Below are positions 25,251 to 40,003 of a stretch of 64,000 bases of DNA, piece after piece. The notes under the pieces are model-generated. The model saw only the letters and a list, made by a program, of their open reading frames with translations. It was not told the DNA's origin and searched no databases. The stretch is taken from the NCBI RefSeq assembly GCF_036365525.1, contig NW_027140825.1, forward strand, positions 930,001-994,000. Reading direction: 5' to 3'. The stretch comes from Heterodontus francisci. Lineage: Eukaryota. Position 1 is the first letter of the stretch. Every line of letters starts with the position of its first letter. The translations under genes were made by a program, and so were the position numbers.

Positions 25251-25735
25251 ATGTATCTGTTACTGACTCTGATCACCCTGTTTCACCGTAAGGAATTTTA
25301 TTGAAACAATAATTCTACTTAACATTTCTTTAGGATATGGTTTTATTTATTTCGTTCTCTCCTTCTCTCTCTTTCTCTCTCCCCACTGGACTGAATTTCC
25401 CTGTTTACTGATCTCCTCCTCTCCCTGTCTCTTTCCCAGATGTGAACTCACAGACTATCCTCCAGACTCCCGCCACTGTCTCCAGATGTTCTGAGGAGCA
25501 GGTGAAGCTGAAATGCACCGTGGATGGTACCAGTAACCCTTACATGTACTGGTACAGACAATACCCGGGGAAGGAGCTGCAACTGATGTTTTACTCCCTA
25601 ACTGCACAAAGAGTGGACTCAGAGGGGACGGTGGAGGGTTTCACCGCCGAGAGACCAACTGACTCCAAGTTCAACCTGGAGTCCTCCAGCCTGCGGGAGA
25701 ATCACTCGGCCGTGTATTTCTGTGCCTGGAAAGAC
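25251..25735 (+). CDS. TRBV: TRBV30-like V9 (leader 25251-25287, V exon 25440-25735), apparently functional
   Basis: MYLLLTLITLFH with donor GTAAGG. NSQTILQTP...CTVDGTSNPYMYWYRQ...YFCAWKD. RSS: CACAGTG 25736-25742, 23 bp, ACAAAAATC 25766-25774. Confidence 0.9.
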
Positions 25736-26674
25736 CACAGTGACTCAGAGAGATGGAGCAGTTCAACAAAAATCCCAAAGGCAGCAGGAAACACCTGTGG
25801 GGGATAAAACCGTTTGGTGCCTCTACCTGTTGTTTCCTTATGCAGAGTGAAAGTGTTTGTTACAAAAAAAAGAGTTGAGTTATGATTATAGTGACACACT
25901 AGATTTACAGGTACTGCCGAGGGTGCAATGAACGATTAATGAGGATGTCACGAGATCTCAGAATGTAACTATCAGGAATCAATGACAATAATCTGGGTTT
26001 TTATGCACTGACCCTGTGTTTACCTTCTCCACAGGGACAGCAGAGGGGGATCCAGGACCATGGACCAGACAATGGCTTTGAGAAGGATTTAGTGAGACAA
26101 CTAAGATAGCAGGAGATCATGTCGATCCAGCTTGATACACATTAGCAGGACAAGGACACCCACTCCTTTAGAGAGAGAAAGAGAGTGCATGTGTGTAAAA
26201 GAGAGAGCGAGGTTCAGTGAGTGAGAGGAAAAACGACAGACAGAGTTAAAGTGACTGAGACAGAGAGGGAGACGGAGATAGAGGCAAAGACAGTGAGACA
26301 GCAAGAGACACATAATGAGAGAGAGAGGGACACTGAGAGAGAGACGGAGAGAAAGAGAGACTGTGATAAAGAGCCTGTGATGGATAGGGAGATAGATCTA
26401 GAGAGAGGCAGAGAAAGGGAAATAACTAAAGAGATAACAAGAGTATGAGAGAGGGAGAGTCAGAGAGAAGGAGAGAATGGGAGACATAACCTTAGATATA
26501 TGAGGAGAGAGGGAGAGTCAGAGAGAGAAAGTGAGTGAAGACAGACTGAGATAGAGAGGGAGAGAGAATCTGAGAAAGGAAGAGAGTGGGAGACATATCC
26601 CGAGACACATGAGGTGAGAGAGAGAGAGAGACAGAGAGGGAGTGCAAGAGAGCAGAAGGTAAACTCTGATAGAG

Positions 26675-26735
<61 letters not shown>

Positions 26736-26922
26736 CAGATTGGCAGCCAATTCAATTCTGATTTGTTGACCTGGGGGAATGGGCGTCTCCAACATTGTAT
26801 CACTTCCTAATGCTCTTCATGTTCCTCCCAATGATTTGTAAAGAGTGGATTTGGACCTTCACAAGACTCTAAGCTCCTGCTCTCACTCCTGTGTCTATTA
26901 AGAGAACAAGTTGAAGTGAAAG

Positions 26923-27378
26923 ATGTATCAGTTACTGTGTCTGATAATCCTGTTTCATTGTAAGTGAGCATGAAATACAAAGATTATCGTTAATAACTTT
27001 CCTCTCCTCTCCCTGTCTCCCTTTCATTCCCAGATGTTCCCTGTTTACTGATCTCCTCCTCTCTCCATCTCTCTCCCAGATGTGAACTCACAGACTATCC
27101 ACCAGACACCCGCCGCTGTCTCCAGATTTCCCGGGAAAGGAGTGGAACTGAGGTGCACTGTGGAGGGGAGCCGCAGTAACTTCAACATGTACTGGTACAG
27201 ACAAGAGCTGGGGAAGGAGCTGCTGTTGATGTTTTACTCCAGTACTGCTAACTATGTGGATCCAGAGGGGACGGTGGATGGTTTCACCGCCGAGAGACCT
27301 GATTAGTGCGAGTTCAACCTGGAGTCCTTCAGCCTGTGGGAGAATCACTCGGCCGTGTATTTCTGTGCCTGGAGTCTT
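26923..27378 (+). pseudogene. TRBV30-like pseudogene V10
   Basis: Leader 26923-26959, exon from 27080. In-frame TAG at 27304-27306. RSS 27379-27417 with nonamer AGAAAAACC. Confidence 0.9.
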
Positions 27379-29419
27379 CACAGTGACTCAGAGCGATGGA
27401 GCAGTTCAAGAAAAACCCCAAAGGCAGCAGGAAATACCTGTTTCAGATAAAACCAGGCGGTGCTGCGTCCTGTTGGGTGTTTTTATCATTGGTAACATGT
27501 TTTTCACAAGAAGACAGGGCGTATTTAAATAGAAATTGAGAGGTTAGATATAGAAACACAGGGGAATTGTGAAATAGACTTGACAGGAATGATATCAGAA
27601 CACAGAGGTTAAAGTTATCAAGATAGTTTGTACATCGGGGGATTATTTCTCCAGAAAGGAGAAGACAAGGGTAAACTTTCAGCGGTCTTAGAGAGATTAT
27701 TAAAGATTTTAATATCTGAAATGAAGATCAGATAAAAACAGACAGACAGTCAGATAGACAGATAGATAGATACGGTGTGGTTTTATTTCACTGCGTTTTC
27801 TTTCTCCAAAGGGACAGCAGAGTGCGCTGTTGGACCATGATAAACATCAGAGTCTGGAACACAGTTGAACAGTGACCTGGGAACACAAGGAGAACATTCA
27901 TCACCTCGAAAAAACTCCGCCCTTCAATGAGTTCGTGACTTTTCAATAACTTTCTGTCGCTCCCTCTCTCCATCCCTCTCGCTCCATCCCTCTCTCTCCA
28001 TCCCTCTCTCTCCATCCCTCTCTCTCCATCTCTCTCGCTCCCTCTCTCTCTATTCCCCACTCTACCACTAGCTACAAAGCCGGCGTAAAATGGGAGTTTG
28101 CGAATTAACATTCCTGTCTTTTACAGGGGCAGTGACTGTCTCTCTATGTAGCTCGCTATTTCTCTACCTGTCTGACTTTCCCTCCAACTCTCTATTTCTC
28201 TACCTCTCTCGATATCAATCTATCTCTCTACCTGGTGATCTATCTCTCTGTCTCTCTATCTATCCAACTTTATATTTAGGTGATTACACTTTGTATGAAC
28301 TAATTAAACATGCTGCACTAATATAATGAATGACCATCTTTTCCAGGATTTTCTATACATTGACCAGTAGATGATGTGGTTTGTCATCAATTATCTATCA
28401 AAATCTTTTATCACCTTCAATATCTGTATCACATCTACCATTAACCTTCTCTGCTCTCAGGAGAGAAACCCCCAGCTTCTCCAGTCTCTCCACAGTAATT
28501 GAACTCCCTCATCCCTGGTACCAGTCTGGTTAATCTCCCTCTAACCTTCACTACACAGAGGCGAACAACCCCCCAATGAACAGGAACTAACTCAGCTCGG
28601 AACCCTTAACCATCTGAGCGCTGTTTCACACTGTTGAAAGGCGAGATCCCTCTCCAGATAACTTCATCTCTGGGACACCTGCCTCCTGACAGCGAGTTCA
28701 GAAGAGCACAAGTGTCCTTCTTGAATAATGGTACCACATTCGCTGTCCTCCAGTCCTCTGAGACCACTCCTGTGGCCAGAGAGAATTGAAATTTTGTGTC
28801 AGAGGCCCTGAAATCTCCTCCCTTGCCTCACATAACAGCCTGGGATATGTCTCATCCGGGCTGCGGTCTTTTCCACTTTTAAGACTGCTAAAACAGCTAA
28901 TACTCCTCCCTTTAAAAGCTAATATGTTCAAGTATATCACAACCCCCCTCCCTGATATCTACACCTACATCATCCTTCTCCATAGTGAACATAGTGAAAT
29001 ATGCCGTTCTTACACGGTCTGGCCTATATGTGCCTCCAGACCAACAGCAATGTTGTTGACTATTAACTGCCCAGCAGGCATTCCCGAAGATGGTTCACCA
29101 CCACCAACTCAAGGGCAATAAGGGATGGGCACACTCTCCGGGTACAGAGGGTTGTTTCCCTGAATTCTACTCTATCAAATCCCTTTCTGAAATGTGAACA
29201 CCTCTATTCAATCTCCCCCTATCCTCCTGTGTTGCATCATTCTACAACATTGCTACACAATGTAATGGGGTGGAGCAGAGTGTCGCAGTAAGTGACTGCC
29301 AATCACAATGACAACCGGATGCTGGGTATTTAATTGGATACAATATAGAAACCGCCTGCAAGTGCGTTGTTGAAAACTCCACACGTTCGCACATCGAGTT
29401 AGTATCGAATGAAGAAATC

Positions 29420-30254
29420 ATGTTGCATGAAGTTCTCAGTCTAATCTTGATGGCTGCACTCTTCCCACGTAAGTCAAAGTCAGAAACTGTGTCGAATAAT
29501 GTATTGTAATGTCAGCGGTGATTCTGTTCCATAACACTGCTGTGTCAGAGTCTCACTCCAGAACACTTGAGCTCAAAGTCAAAACTAACACCCCAGGTGT
29601 CAGGGCTGAGGGAGTGCTGGACTGTCGCAGAGGCAGTACTGCGGGTGTGCTGCACTGTCGCAGAGGCAGTACTGAGGGTATGCTGCACTGTCGCAGAGGC
29701 AGTACTGAGGGAGTGCAGCACTGTCACAGAGGCAGTACTGAGGGAGTGCTGCACTGTTGCAGAGGCAGTACTGAGGGAGTGCCGCACTGTCGCAGAGGCA
29801 GTACTGAGGGAGTAACTACATTGGTTGCAAAGCCCTTTCTGATGCCCTGAGGTCCTGAACGGCGATATATTAATGTAAGCCCTCTCTTTCTTGCAATGCA
29901 GCCTCTGCTCCAATCCATTATTGACTGAAATAATAATCTAATCGATGTTCCGTCCCACAGGAATACTCTCCTCCTATGTGGAACAGTCACCCTCTTTCCT
30001 ATCGATTGCAGCAGGAGAGTCGACAACACTCAGATGCACGCTGACCAATACTGCCTATTCCTATATGTACTGGTACAGACAACAACCAGACAGGGCACTG
30101 GAAGCTCTGTTCTATTCTGCTGGAACAGGGTCTGTCACCAATTACACATCCGAGTCATTTAAGGCAGACAGAGCCAGCAATACACTGTTTACTTTGGCAC
30201 TGAGAGACGCCGCTCCATCTCACACCGCTGTCTATTTCTGCGCTTGTAGTATCA
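29420..30254 (+). CDS. TRBV: TCR beta-type V11, V4 family (leader 29420-29468, V exon 29961-30254), apparently functional
   Basis: Open frame ending YFCACSI. RSS 30255-30293 with 23-bp spacer. Six 33-bp intron units at 29608-29805. Confidence 0.9.
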
Positions 30255-31665
30255 CACAGTGTTTGAGAAAGCGGATCAGCAGCTGCAAAAACCTGCAGCG
30301 GATGAACGGGAGTTCAGTGCTCATCTTCAACTGGCAGGGGTCAGCAGTAGATTGAAGCTTATTGTTCATATCTATCTGTCCACCTGATTGTTTATCTCTC
30401 TGTCTCTCTATCTATCTATCTCTTTACCTGGTTATCTATCTCTCTGTCTCTCTATCTATCTAAATCTATATTTAGGTAATTACAGTTTGTATGAACTAAT
30501 TAAACATACTGCAGTAATGTAATGAATGACCATCTTTTCATAGATTTTCTATATATTGACCAGTAGAAGATGTGGTTTATCATCAATTATCTATCAAAAT
30601 CCTCTATGATCTTCAATATCTGTATCACATCTAATTAACCTTCTCTGCTCTAAGGGCAGAAACCCCCAGCTTCTCCAGTCTCTCCACAGTAACTGAAGTC
30701 CCTCATCCCTGATACCAGTCTGGTTAATCTCCCTCTAACCTTCACTACACAGAGGCGAACAACCCCCTAATGCACAGGAACTAACTCAGCGCAGAACCAT
30801 TAACCATCTGAGCGCTGTTTCACACTGTTCAAAGTGAGACCCCTCTCCAGATACCTTCATCTCTGGGACACCTGCCTCCTGACAGCGAGTTCAGAAGCTG
30901 CTGAAAACTCTTTACCCACTTTCATCTTAGACTCGAGTCACATTTGATGTGTTCTTCAAAGAAACACGCAGTTCAGACCAGTGAACAATTTAACCCTTTC
31001 ACCTCCATTCAGCAAGGAGGTACGGTAGCAGAGCAGTTATGTTACTGGACTAGTAATCCAGAGGCCTGGACTAATGATCCCCAGACTTGAGTTCAATTCT
31101 CACCAGGGCAGAAATTGAATTTAAATTTAATTAAGTAAATAAATAAAATCTGTAATGGAAAGTAAGAGCAATTCTGAACATGGAGTGTCGTAAAAACCTA
31201 ACGTATTCATTGATGACCTTCAGGGAAGGAAATCCGCCATTCCTACCTGGTCTGGCCTATATGTGACTGCAGACCCACAGCAATGTGGTTGACTGTTAAC
31301 TGCCCTCTGATATGGCCCAGCAGGTATTCCCGAAGATGGTTCACCACCACCTTCTCAGAGGCAATAAAGGATGGGCACACTCTCTGGGTATAGAGGGTAG
31401 TTTCCCTGAATTATACTCTATCAAATCCCTTTCTGAAATGTGAACACCTCTATTCAATCTCCCCCTATCCTCCTGTGTTGTATCATTCTACAACATTGCT
31501 ATGCAAAGTAGTGGGGTGGAGCAGAGTGTCGCAGTAAGTGACTGCCAATCACAATGACAACCGGATGCTGGGTATTTGATTGGATACAATATAGAAACCG
31601 CCTGCAAGTGTGTTGTTGAAAACTCCACACGTTCACACATCGAGTTAGTATCGACTGAAGAAATC

Positions 31666-32564
31666 ATGTTGCATGAAGTTCTCTGTCTAATCTTGATGCC
31701 TGCCCTGTTCCCACGTAAGTCAAAGTCAGAAACAGTGTCGAATAATGTATTGTAATGTTAGGGGTGATTCTGTCCGGAACACTCCTGTGTCTGAGTCTCA
31801 CTCCAGAACATTTGAGCTCAATGTCAAGGCTGACAAACCACGTGTCAGGACTGAGGAAGTGCTGCACTGTCGCAGAGGCAGTACTGGGGAAGTGCTGCAC
31901 TGTCGCAGAGGCAGTAGTGAGGGAGTGCTGCACTGTCGCAAAGGCTGTACTGAGTGAGTTCTGCACTGTCGCAGAGGCAGTACTGAGGGAGTGCAGCACT
32001 GTCACAGAGGCAGTACTGAGGGAGTGCTGCACTGTCGCAGAGGCAGTACTGAGGGAGTGCAGCACTGTCACAGAGGCAGTACTTAGTGGGTGCTGCACTG
32101 TCGCAGAGGCTGTACTGAGGGAGTAACTACATTGGTTGCAAAGCCCTTTCTGATGTCCTGAGGTCCTGAATGGCGCTATATCAATGTAAGCCCTTTTTTT
32201 CTTGCAATGCAACCCCTGCTCCATTCCATTATTGACTGAAATGATAATCTAATCGATGTTCCATCCACAGGAATACTCGCCTCCTATGTGGAACAGTCGC
32301 CCTCTATCCTATCGATTGCAGCAGGAGAGTCGACAACACTCAGATGCACGCTGACCAATACTGCCTATTCCTATATGTACTGGTACAGACAACAAGCAGA
32401 CAGGGCACTGGAAGCTCTGTTCTTTTCTGCAACAGAAGGGTCTGTTACCAATTACACGTCCGAGTCATTTAAGGCAGACAGAGCCAGCAATACACTGTTT
32501 ACTTTGGCACTGTGAGACGCCACTCCATCTCACACCGCTGTCTATTTCTGCGCTTGCAGTATCG
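31666..32564 (+). pseudogene. V4-family pseudogene V12
   Basis: Leader 31666-31714, exon from 32271. AGA changed to TGA at 32513-32515. RSS intact 32565-32603. Eight 33-bp intron units. Confidence 0.9.
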
Positions 32565-32625
32565 CACAGTGTTTGAGAAAGCGGATCCGCAGCTGCAAAA
32601 ACCTGCAGCGGATGAACGGGAGTTC

Positions 32626-32799
32626 AGTGCTCATCTTCCACCGACAGGGGGCAGCAGTAGATTGAATCTCTGTGCTCATCCTCCCCCGGCAGGGGGCAGC
32701 AGAGAATGAATCTCAGTGCTCATTTGTCTCCAGCAGGTGGCAGCAGTAGATTGAATCTCAGTGCTCATTTTCCGCCAGCAGGTGGCAGCAGTAGATTTG
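32626..32799 (+). repeat. Four copies of the 45-bp CTCF-motif unit
   Basis: Includes CCAGCAGGTGGCAG twice. Confidence 0.85.
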
Positions 32800-33670
32800 A
32801 GCCACCCTGATGGTTATGGGCCCAGTAATGAGCACAGACCGAGCTGTCGAATAGATCAGCAGCCCAGTGTGACCCAGATATTGTTGAACCTACTTCCCTT
32901 TGGCCAGTGTTGCAGGAAATGATTGCCAGGACTCCCAGCTGACTATTTGTGAATCAACATCGGCCTGTTTTTCTTAATTCGTTCATGAGATGTGGGCCTC
33001 GCCAGCGAGGCCAGCATTTATTGCCCATTCCTAATAGCCCTTGAACTGGATGACTTGCTTGGTCATTGCAGAGGGCTTTTAAGAGTCAACCACAATGTGT
33101 GGATCTGGAGTCACAAGTAGGCCAGACCAGGTGAAGGAGGCAGATTTCCATCCCTAATGGACATCAGTGAACTAAATGGATTGCTGCAATTTCATGATCT
33201 GTATTGGTGGGATTCACCCTCACGTTACGAAAACACTAGCTGAGGCTGTGGATGAGGAGTCTAGTTAAATTAGCAACACACGAATACATCCTCCACAGGA
33301 GCAGATCATTTGGAATCCAGATGTCTATCATTGGGAATCTACATGTGGCTAATTTGGGAATGCCGATGAGGTTCATTTGGAATCTGGATATGAACAGTTG
33401 GAGATTTCTAATCAATAAGTTAGGAACTGAACAACAGACACCCTTGTTGAGGATGTTAACAACACTTAATCCAGTCACTCAGCCATCATAAGCAACCACG
33501 TCCATTCTGATTGGTTGGGTGGTGGAAGGGGGCGTGTCCAACACTGCATCACGTCTTCATGCCCTTCATGTCTTACTCAATGATTTGTCAGGAGCGGATT
33601 GGTTAGCCACAGAACTGATCTCATCTGTTCCACTGCCTTTGCTGTTTGACAGGGCAGTGTCAAGTGGGAG

Positions 33671-34122
33671 ATGTATCTGTTCCTGGCTCTGATAATCCTG
33701 GTTCAACGTAAGTGCCAAATACAAAGATTATCAGTCAGAACCTTCCTCTCCTCTCCCTGTCTTTCTTTCATTCCCAGAAATTCCCTGTTTACTGATCTCC
33801 TCCTCTCTCCATCTCTCTCCCAGATGTGAACTCACAGACTATCCACCAGATTCCCGCCGCTGTCTCCAGATTTCCCGGGAAAGGAGTGGAACTGATGTGC
33901 ACTGTGGAGGGGAGCAGCAGTAACCTCAACATGTACTGGTACAGACAATACCCGGGGAACGAGCCGCTGTTGATGTTTTACTCCAATACTGCTAACTATG
34001 TGGATCCAGAGGGGACAGTGGATGGTTTCACCGCCGAGAGACAGACTGATTCCCAGTTCAACCTGGAGTCCTCCAGCCTTCGGGAGAATCACTCGGCCGT
34101 GTATTTCTGTGCCTGGAGTCTT
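33671..34122 (+). pseudogene. TRBV30-like V13: intact leader and ORF but broken heptamer (ORF class)
   Basis: Leader 33671-33707, exon from 33824. Heptamer CAGACTG 34123-34129 has lost the essential CAC. Confidence 0.8.
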
Positions 34123-35084
34123 CAGACTGACTCAGAGAGATGGTGCAGTTCAACAAAAACCCCAAAGGCAGCAGGAAATACCTGTTTCAGATAAAATCAG
34201 GCGGTGCTGCATCCTGTTGGGTGTTTTTATCATTGGGAACATGTTTTTCACAAGAAGACAGGCGGATTTCAATAGAAAGTAACAGGTTAGATATGGAAAC
34301 ACATGAGAATTGTGAAATCGACTTCACAGGAATGATATCAGAACACAGAGGTTAAAGTTATCAAGATAGTTTGAACATCAGGGGATCTTTGCTCCAGAAA
34401 GGAGAAACTGAAGGGTAAACATTCAGCGTTCTTAGAGAGATTATTAAAGATTTTAATATGTGAAATGAAGATCAGATAAATACAGATAGATAGAGAGATC
34501 GATAGATAGAGAAATAGATACATACGTTGTCGTTTTATGTCACTGTGTTTTTTTTCTCCAAAGGGACAGCGGAGTGCGCTGTAGGACCATGATAAACATC
34601 AGAGTCTGGAACACACTTTAACAGTGACCTGGGAACACAAGGAGAACATTCATCACCTCGGAAACACACCGCCCTTCAAGGAGATCATGACTGATCAATA
34701 ACTTCCTGTCGCTCCCTCTCTCCATCCCTCTCTCTCACTCTCTCCATCTCTCTCTCTCCCTCTCTCCAACAGTCTCCCTCCATTCCTCTCTCTCCCTCCC
34801 TCTCTTTCCCTCTCCCTCCATCCCTCTACCTCATTCTAGTTACCAAGCTGGTGTAAAATGAGAGAATGCCAATTAACATCCTGTCTTTTGCAGGGGCAGT
34901 GACTGTCTCTCTGTCTGGCTCGTTATTTCTCTACCTCTCTGAATTTCCCTCTATCTCTCTATTTCTCAACCTCTCTCTATATCTATCTGTCTACCTGACT
35001 GTCTCTCTATCCAGCTTGCTATTTCTCTACCTATCTGAGTTTCCCTGATTCTACCTCTCTCTCTCTGTATCTACCTGTCTACCT

Positions 35085-35697
35085 GACTGTCTCTCTATCT
35101 ATCCATCTCTCTAACTGGTTATCTATCTCTCTGTCTCTCTATCTATATATCTCTCTAACTGGTTATCTATCTCTCTGTCTCTCTATCTATATATCTCTCT
35201 ACCTGGTTATCTATCTCTCTGTCTCTCTATCTATATATCTCTCTAACTGGTTATCTATCTCTCTGTCTCTCTATCGAAATATCTCTCTAACTGGTTATCT
35301 ATCACTCTGTCTCTCGATCTATATATCTCTCTAACTGGTTATCTATCACTCTGTCTCTCTATCTATATATCTCTCTAACTGGTTATCTATCTCTCTGTCT
35401 CTCTATCTATATATCTCTCTACCTGGTTATCTATCACTCTGTCTCTCTATCTATATATCTCTCTACCTGGTTACCTATCTCTCTGTCTCTCTATCTATAT
35501 ATCTCTCTAACTGGTTACCTATCACTCTGTCTCTCTATCTATATATCTCTCTAACTGGTTATCTATCACTCTGTCTCTCTATCTATCTATCTCTCTACCT
35601 GGTTACCTATCACTCTGTCTCTGGATCTATCTATCTCTTACCTGGTTATCTATCTCTCTGTCTCTCTATCTGTATATCTCTCTAACTGGTTATCTAT
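35085..35697. repeat. ~40-bp CT/CTAT minisatellite (paralogue 58195-58660)
   Basis: Unit CTCTCTAACTGGTTATCTATCTCTCTGTCTCTCTATCTATAT-like. Confidence 0.9.
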
Positions 35698-38600
35698 CCC
35701 CGGAACAGGATCCTATCTAAATACCCCCCCCCCCAGGAACAGACTCCTATCTAAATACCTCCCCCCCCCCCGGGAACAGACCCCCATCTAAATACCCCCC
35801 CCCCCCCAGGAACAGCCTCCTATCTAAATACCCCACCACCCCCGAGGAACAGACTCCTATCTAAATACCCCCCCCCCGGGCCCCGGGAACAGACCCCCAT
35901 CTAAATACCCCCCCCCAGGAACAGACTCCTATCTAAATACCCCACCACGCCCGAGGAACAGACTCCCATCTAAATACCTCCCCCAGGAACAGACTCCCAT
36001 CTAAATACCTCCCCCAGGAACAGACTCCTATCTAAATACCTCCCCCAGGAACAGCCTCCTATCTAAATACCCCACCACCCCCGAGGAACAGACTCCTATC
36101 TAAATACCCCACAACAGACTCCTATCTAAATACCCCCCCCCCCGGGAACCGACTCCTATCTAAATACCCCACCGGGAACAGACTCCTATCTAAATACCCC
36201 CCCCCGGGAACAGACTCCTATCTAAATACCACCCCGCCCCCCGGGCCCCGGGAACAGACCCCCATCTAAATACCCCCCCAGGAACAGACTCCTATCTAAA
36301 TACCGCCCCCCCACCCCCGGAACAGACTCCTATCTAAATACCCCCCCCCGGGAACAGACTCCTATCTAAGTACCCCCCCCCACCCCCGGAACAGGATCCT
36401 ATCTAAATACCCCACAGGGAACAGACTCCTATCTAAATACCCCCCCCCCGGGCCCCGGGAACGGACCCCCATCTAAATACCCCCCCAGGAACAGACTCCT
36501 ATCTAAATACCCCCCCCGGGCCCCGGGAACAGACCCCCATCTAAATACCCCCCCAGGAACAGACTCCTATTTAAATACCCCCCCCCCCGGGCCCCGGGAA
36601 CAGACCCCCATCTAAATACCCCCCCCCAGGAACAGACTCCTATCTAAATACCCCACAACAGACTCCTATCTAAATACCCCACCGGGAACAGACTCCTATC
36701 TAAATACCCCCCCGGGAACAGACTCCTATCCAAATACCCCCCCCCGGGCCCCGGGAACAGACCCCCATCTAAATACCCCCCCCCCAGGAACAGCCTCCTA
36801 TCTAAATACCCCACCACCCCCGAGGAACAGCCTCCTATCTAAATACCCCACCACCCCCGAGGAACAGACTCCCATCTAAATACCTCCCCCAGGAACAGAC
36901 TCCTATCTAAATACCCCCCCCAGGAACAGACTCCTATCTAAATACCCCCCCACCCCCGGAACAGGATCCTATCTAAATACCCCACAGGGAACAGACTCCT
37001 ATCTAAATACCCCCCCCCCACGGGCCACGGGAACAGACCCCCATATAAATACCCCCCCAGGAACAGACTCCTATCTAAATACCCCCCCCCCCGTGCCCCG
37101 GGAACAGACCCCCATCTAAATACCCCCCCAGGAACAGACTCCTATCTAAATACCCCCCCCGGGCCCCGGGAACAGACCCCCATCTAAATACCCCCCTCCC
37201 CCAGGAACAGACTCCTATCTAAATACCCCACCACCCCCGAGGAACAGACTCCTATCTAAATACCCCACAACAGACTCCTATCTAAATACCCCACCGGGAA
37301 CAGACTCCTATCTAAATACCCCCCCACCGGGCCCCGGGAACAGACCCCCATCTAAATACCCACCCCCAGGAACAGCCTCCTATCTAAATACCCCACCACC
37401 CCCGAGGAACAGCCTCCTATCTAAATACCCCACCACCCCCGAGGAACAGACTCCCATCTAAATACCTCCCCCAGGAACAGACTCCTATCTAAATACCTCC
37501 CCAGGAACAGCCTCCTATCTAAATACCCCACCACCCCCGAGGAACAGACTCCTATCTAAATACCCCACAACAGATTCCTATCTAAATACCCCCCCCCCCC
37601 CGGGAACAGACTCCTATCTAAATACCCCACCGGGAACAGACACCTATCTAAATACCCCCCCCCCCCCCGGGAACAGACTCCTATCTAAATACCACCCCCA
37701 CCCCCGGGCCCCGGGAACAGACCCCCATCTAAATACCCCCCCCCAGGAACAGACTCCTATCTGAATACCCCCCCCCAGGCCCCGGGAACAGACCCCCATC
37801 TAAATACCCCCCCCAGGAACAGCCTCCTATCTAAATACCCCACAACAGACTCCTATCTAAATACCCCACCGGGAACAGACTCCTATCTAAATACCCCCCC
37901 GGGCCCCGGGAACAGACCCCCATCTAAATACCCTTCCCCCAGGAACAGCCTCCTATCTAAATACCCCACCACCCCCGAGGAACAGCCTCCTATCTAAATA
38001 CCCCACCACCCCCGAGGAACAGACTCCTATCTAAATACCCCACAACAGACTCCTATCTAAATACCCCACCGGGAACAGACTCCTATCTAAATACCCCCCC
38101 CCCGGGAACAGACTCCTATCTAAATACCCCACCGGGAACAGACTCCTATCTAAATACCCCCCCGGGAGCAGACTCCTATCTAAATACCCCACCGGGAACA
38201 GACTCCTATCTAAATACCCCCCCCGGGCCCCGGGAACAGACCCCATCTAAATACCCCCCCCAGGAACAGACTCCTATCTAAATACCCCACCACGCCCGAG
38301 GAACAGACTCCCATCTAAATACCTCCCCCAGGAACAGACTCCCATCTAAATACCTCCCCCAGGAACAGACTCCTAACTAAATACCTCCCCCAGGAACAGC
38401 CTCCTATCTAAATACCCCACCACCCCCGAGGAACAGACTCCTACCTAAATACCCCACAACAGACTCCTATCTAAATACCCCCCCCCCCCCCGGGAACAGA
38501 CTCCTATCTAAATACCCCACCGGGAACAGACTCCTATCTAAATACCCCCCCCGGGAACAGACTCCTATCTAAATACCACCCCCCCCCCGGGCCCCGGGAA

Positions 38601-39765
38601 CAGACCCCCATCTAAATACCCCCCCCCCAGGAACAGACTCCTATCTAAATACCGCCCCCCCTCCCCCGGAACAGACTCCTATCTAAATACCCCCCCCCCA
38701 GGAACAGACTCCTATCTAAATACCCCCCCCCCCACCCCCGGAACAGGATCCTATCTAAATACCCCACAGGGAACAGACTCCTATCTAAATACACCCCCCC
38801 CGGAACAGACTCCTATCGAAACACCCCCCCCCCCCCGGGAACAGACTCCTATCTAAATACCCCCCCAGGAACAGCCTCCTATCTAAATACCCCACCACCC
38901 CCGAGGATCAGACTCCTATCTAAATACCCCACAACAGACTCCTATCTAAATACCCCACAGGGAACAGACTCCTATCTAAATACCCCCCCGGGAACAGACT
39001 CCTATCTAAATACCCCCCCGGGCCCCGGGAACAGACCCCCATCTAAATACCCCCCCCCCCCAGGAACAGACTCCCATCTAAATACCCCACCACGCCCGAG
39101 GAACAGACTCCCATCTAAATACCCCACCACGCCCGAGGAACAGACTCCTATCTAAATACCCCACAACAGACTCCTATCTAAATACCCCACTGGGAACAGA
39201 CTCCTATCTAAATACCCCACCACGCCCGAGGAACAGACTCCTATCTAAATACCCCACAACAGACTCCTATCTAAATACCCCCCCCGGGAACAGACTCCTA
39301 TCTAAATACCCCCCCGGGAACAGACTCCTATCTAAATACCCCACAACAGACTCCTATCTAAATACCCCCCCCCCCCGAGGAACAGACTCCTATCTAAATA
39401 CCCCACAACAGACTCCTATCTAAATACCCCCCCCCCCCGGGAACAGACTCCTATCTAAATACCCCCACCGGGAACAGACTCCTATCTAAATACCCCCCCG
39501 GGAACAGACTCCTATCTAAATACCGCCCCCCCCACCCCCGGAACAGACTCCTATCTAAATACCCCCCCCCGGGAACAGACTCCTATCTAAATACCCCCCC
39601 CCCCACCCCCGGAACAGACTCCTATCTAAATACCCCCCCCCGGGAACAGACTCCTATCTAAATACCGCCCCCCCCCCACCCCCGGAACAGACTCCTATCT
39701 AAACACCCCCCCCCCCCGGGAACAGACTCCTATCTAAATACCCCACAGGGAACAGACTCCGATCT
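35698..39765. repeat. C-rich satellite, core GGAACAGACTCCTATCTAAATA followed by a variable poly-C linker
   Basis: About 4.07 kb of ~27-45-bp units (roughly 120, estimated from length). Variant order recurs, e.g. 35941-36430 versus 38286-38780. Confidence 0.95.
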
Positions 39766-40003
39766 AACAGACACTCTTGTTGGGGATGTTAACAACACTT
39801 AATCCAGTCACTCAACCATCATAAGCAACCACGTCCATTCTGATTGGTTGGGTGCTGGAAGGGGGCGTGTTCAACACTGCATGACTTCCTCATGCCCTTC
39901 ATGTTTTACTCAATGACTTGTAAAGAGCGGATTGGTTAGTCACAGAACTGATTTCCTCTGTTCCACTTCCTTTGCTGTTTGAGAGGGCAGTGTCAAGTGG
40001 GAG

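Larger units (their letters stand above)
16044..35697 (+). repeat. Tandem segmental duplication, block A (9 V genes + CR1)
   Basis: Colinear and near-identical to 39766-58660, including intergenic DNA. Confidence 0.9.

Noticed and set aside
35698-39765. CRISPR-like pattern of a constant ~22-bp core with variable spacers
   Set aside because: Spacers are short recurring poly-C variants, there are no cas genes and the context is vertebrate. It is a satellite.
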